A DNA stretch of 64,000 nt from Lingula anatina (lineage: Eukaryota; Animalia; Brachiopoda), in NCBI GenBank assembly GCA_051362555.1, contig CM120641.1, positions 7,874,001 to 7,938,000 of the forward strand, given 5' to 3'. Shown in pieces: positions 63,044-64,000 of the stretch; the stretch's first letter is position 1; each line of letters starts with the position of its first letter. Under the pieces are notes generated by a model. The model saw only the letters and a program-made list of their open reading frames with translations. It was not told the DNA's origin and made no database searches. Position numbers and translations under genes: made by a program.

Positions 63044-63772
63044 CCTTCCCCCCTCTCTCCCTTTTTTCAATGTTAGGTATTCTTTTTCCTTCTCTTTTAC
63101 AGTTCTTCTGACCAATCTTCCTAGGTGTTTGGCTTAAAAATTATTTTGTCCTACTGTATCCACCGTCCCCAACCTCATCTTTTCATTGTTCTTTTTTCCT
63201 TCCCCCTCTTTTGTAGCTCTGCCTCTCACCAAGCTGTCAACCTATATTGTCCTACCAGAGCCTCCTCTCTTATTTCTTAAACTGAATTTATATTTGTTTC
63301 ACAAAGTCATGCAATATGACTATTTATTTCCTTATCCATCCATCTCTCTTTTGCAATTTTCCCTGTGTGATTGTAATATTCGCATTTATTTGGCCTTTGA
63401 GCATGCTCAGTGTGTATTTTGTAACCTATTGATCATTTTTTGCATAGTGATTGTTATGCTTTCAAAGTTAGATGATTGAGTTTTCACTTGTAGTTTTGTC
63501 GTGGTCTTGATTTCTCTGCATGCTAACAGTCATTGTGACATGTAGTGTTGAATGTATCTTGCACTTAAAAAACATTTCCTTGTAAGTTAAGAAAGATTAT
63601 TCCTGCCTGTCTGTGAAATTTGTTCTGTCACCTTTGTCAAACATGATACCCACTGGATATTGGTCATAAAATGTTTGTGATGACTTTGTATGTGTGTTGT
63701 TTTTTTTCTTCTGTTACCTAGAAACATGGAACCACCTTAAAGAGCCCAAAGCCAGTGAAACTAAATGCGGAG
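48433..63772 (+). CDS. CTNNAL1: Alpha-catulin (vinculin/alpha-catenin family), 5' part; gene continues beyond the window
   Basis: Exons: 48433-48519 (LEIKTKSVEQTLIPLVTQ), 54005-54194 (ITTLVNHKE...VGQAVNLAVERFVTVGEAIA), 55274-55449 (MVRAARQLLSAITRVLILADRVV), 57394-57513 (SFTEFVKLFSQFGNEMVELAHVTGDRQ), 58696-58785, 59135-59347, 59533-59736 (QDFTDSAYTSHEHRE), 60114-60197, 60531-60689, 60917-61009, 61293-61478 (YMSLPRPG), 63722-63772 (KHGTTLK). All GT-AG with consistent phases. Confidence 0.95.
52208..52393. repeat. ~100-bp diverged tandem duplication (2 copies)
   Basis: cccctctcccaa...cacttttg...aattgtttaacttt...actgagacatgta occurs twice. Confidence 0.85.
54630..54854. mobile_element. Harbinger-like MITE in alpha-catulin intron 2
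   Basis: Imperfect TIRs sharing agattt(t)agatcgatc, TTA on both flanks, CpG-rich interior inside a CpG-poor intron. Confidence 0.55.
60794..60832. repeat. (TA)n microsatellite
   Basis: Direct reading. Confidence 0.95.
62079..62164. mobile_element. 86-bp hairpin MITE with TIR caccctgagtttcaga
   Basis: 16-bp perfect TIRs; interior tatcagcatgcctctgc shared with 45058-45175; flanks agcttcac/agcttgaa may be a decayed 8-bp TSD. Confidence 0.65.
62893..62916 (+). CDS. CTNNAL1: Candidate 24-nt phase-0 microexon of alpha-catulin (IPSPTNVS)
   Basis: Long pyrimidine tract ending ttttgcacctgccattttag, then ATACCTTCCCCAACTAATGTCAGT, then consensus donor gtaagt; frame-preserving between phase-0 exons ending 61478 and starting 63722. 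Confidence 0.6.
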
Positions 63773-64000
63773 GTAATGTGAGATTGCACTGGAAGCTGTA
63801 TAGTTGTGTGGCATGTTATGTTTTCAGAAGTGTTTAGTTTGAACCCTGAGCTCACTGTGATCTATACTGAAGTTGGTTGAAATATAAAATTTGCTGATGT
63901 ACTTCTCAGTTTAATGGTCACTAGGACTTGTAGACCTTAAAAACCCAAGTCTGACTCAAAATTTATTAGTCCAAAGGTAAATTTTGTGAAAATTGAAAGT

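Noticed and set aside
62532-63125. Other acceptor/donor pairs in the catulin microexon intron (~62532, ~63103)
   Set aside because: They contain in-frame stops and have weak donors.

Overview
AT-rich animal (probably lophotrochozoan, e.g. mollusc-like) genomic DNA; no prokaryotic features, CRISPR arrays, rRNA or intact tRNA genes seen. Five multi-exon genes were assembled by hand from GT-AG splice sites with consistent phases. (1) Epsin (- strand, 8529-17725; ENTH, 2 UIMs, DPW repeats, clathrin box, NPF), head-to-head with (2) an unrecognised ~382-aa single-pass membrane protein (+, 20867-29965; signal peptide, Cys-rich ectodomain, tail with NPxF, YDEP and a terminal -IEV). (3) A TATA/Inr-driven two-exon secreted protein (+, 33052-35078) with a 6-Cys domain and a collagen-derived repeat in which roughly every third Gly is replaced by R/K/E. 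(4) A GRASP/tamalin-CYTIP family PDZ scaffold (-, 37521-48111), head-to-head with (5) alpha-catulin (+, from 48433, running off the window), which has a candidate 24-nt microexon. Non-coding DNA holds a decayed Tc1-like transposase, a 2.7-kb Helentron-associated (HINE-like) element with internal satellites, several MITE families (two near-identical fold-back copies with mirrored substitutions; an inverted pair flanking a PDZ exon), a template-switch palindrome and microsatellites. CpGs are retained at the left end and at both divergent promoters and look depleted in gene bodies. All identifications are by eye; no database searches were run.
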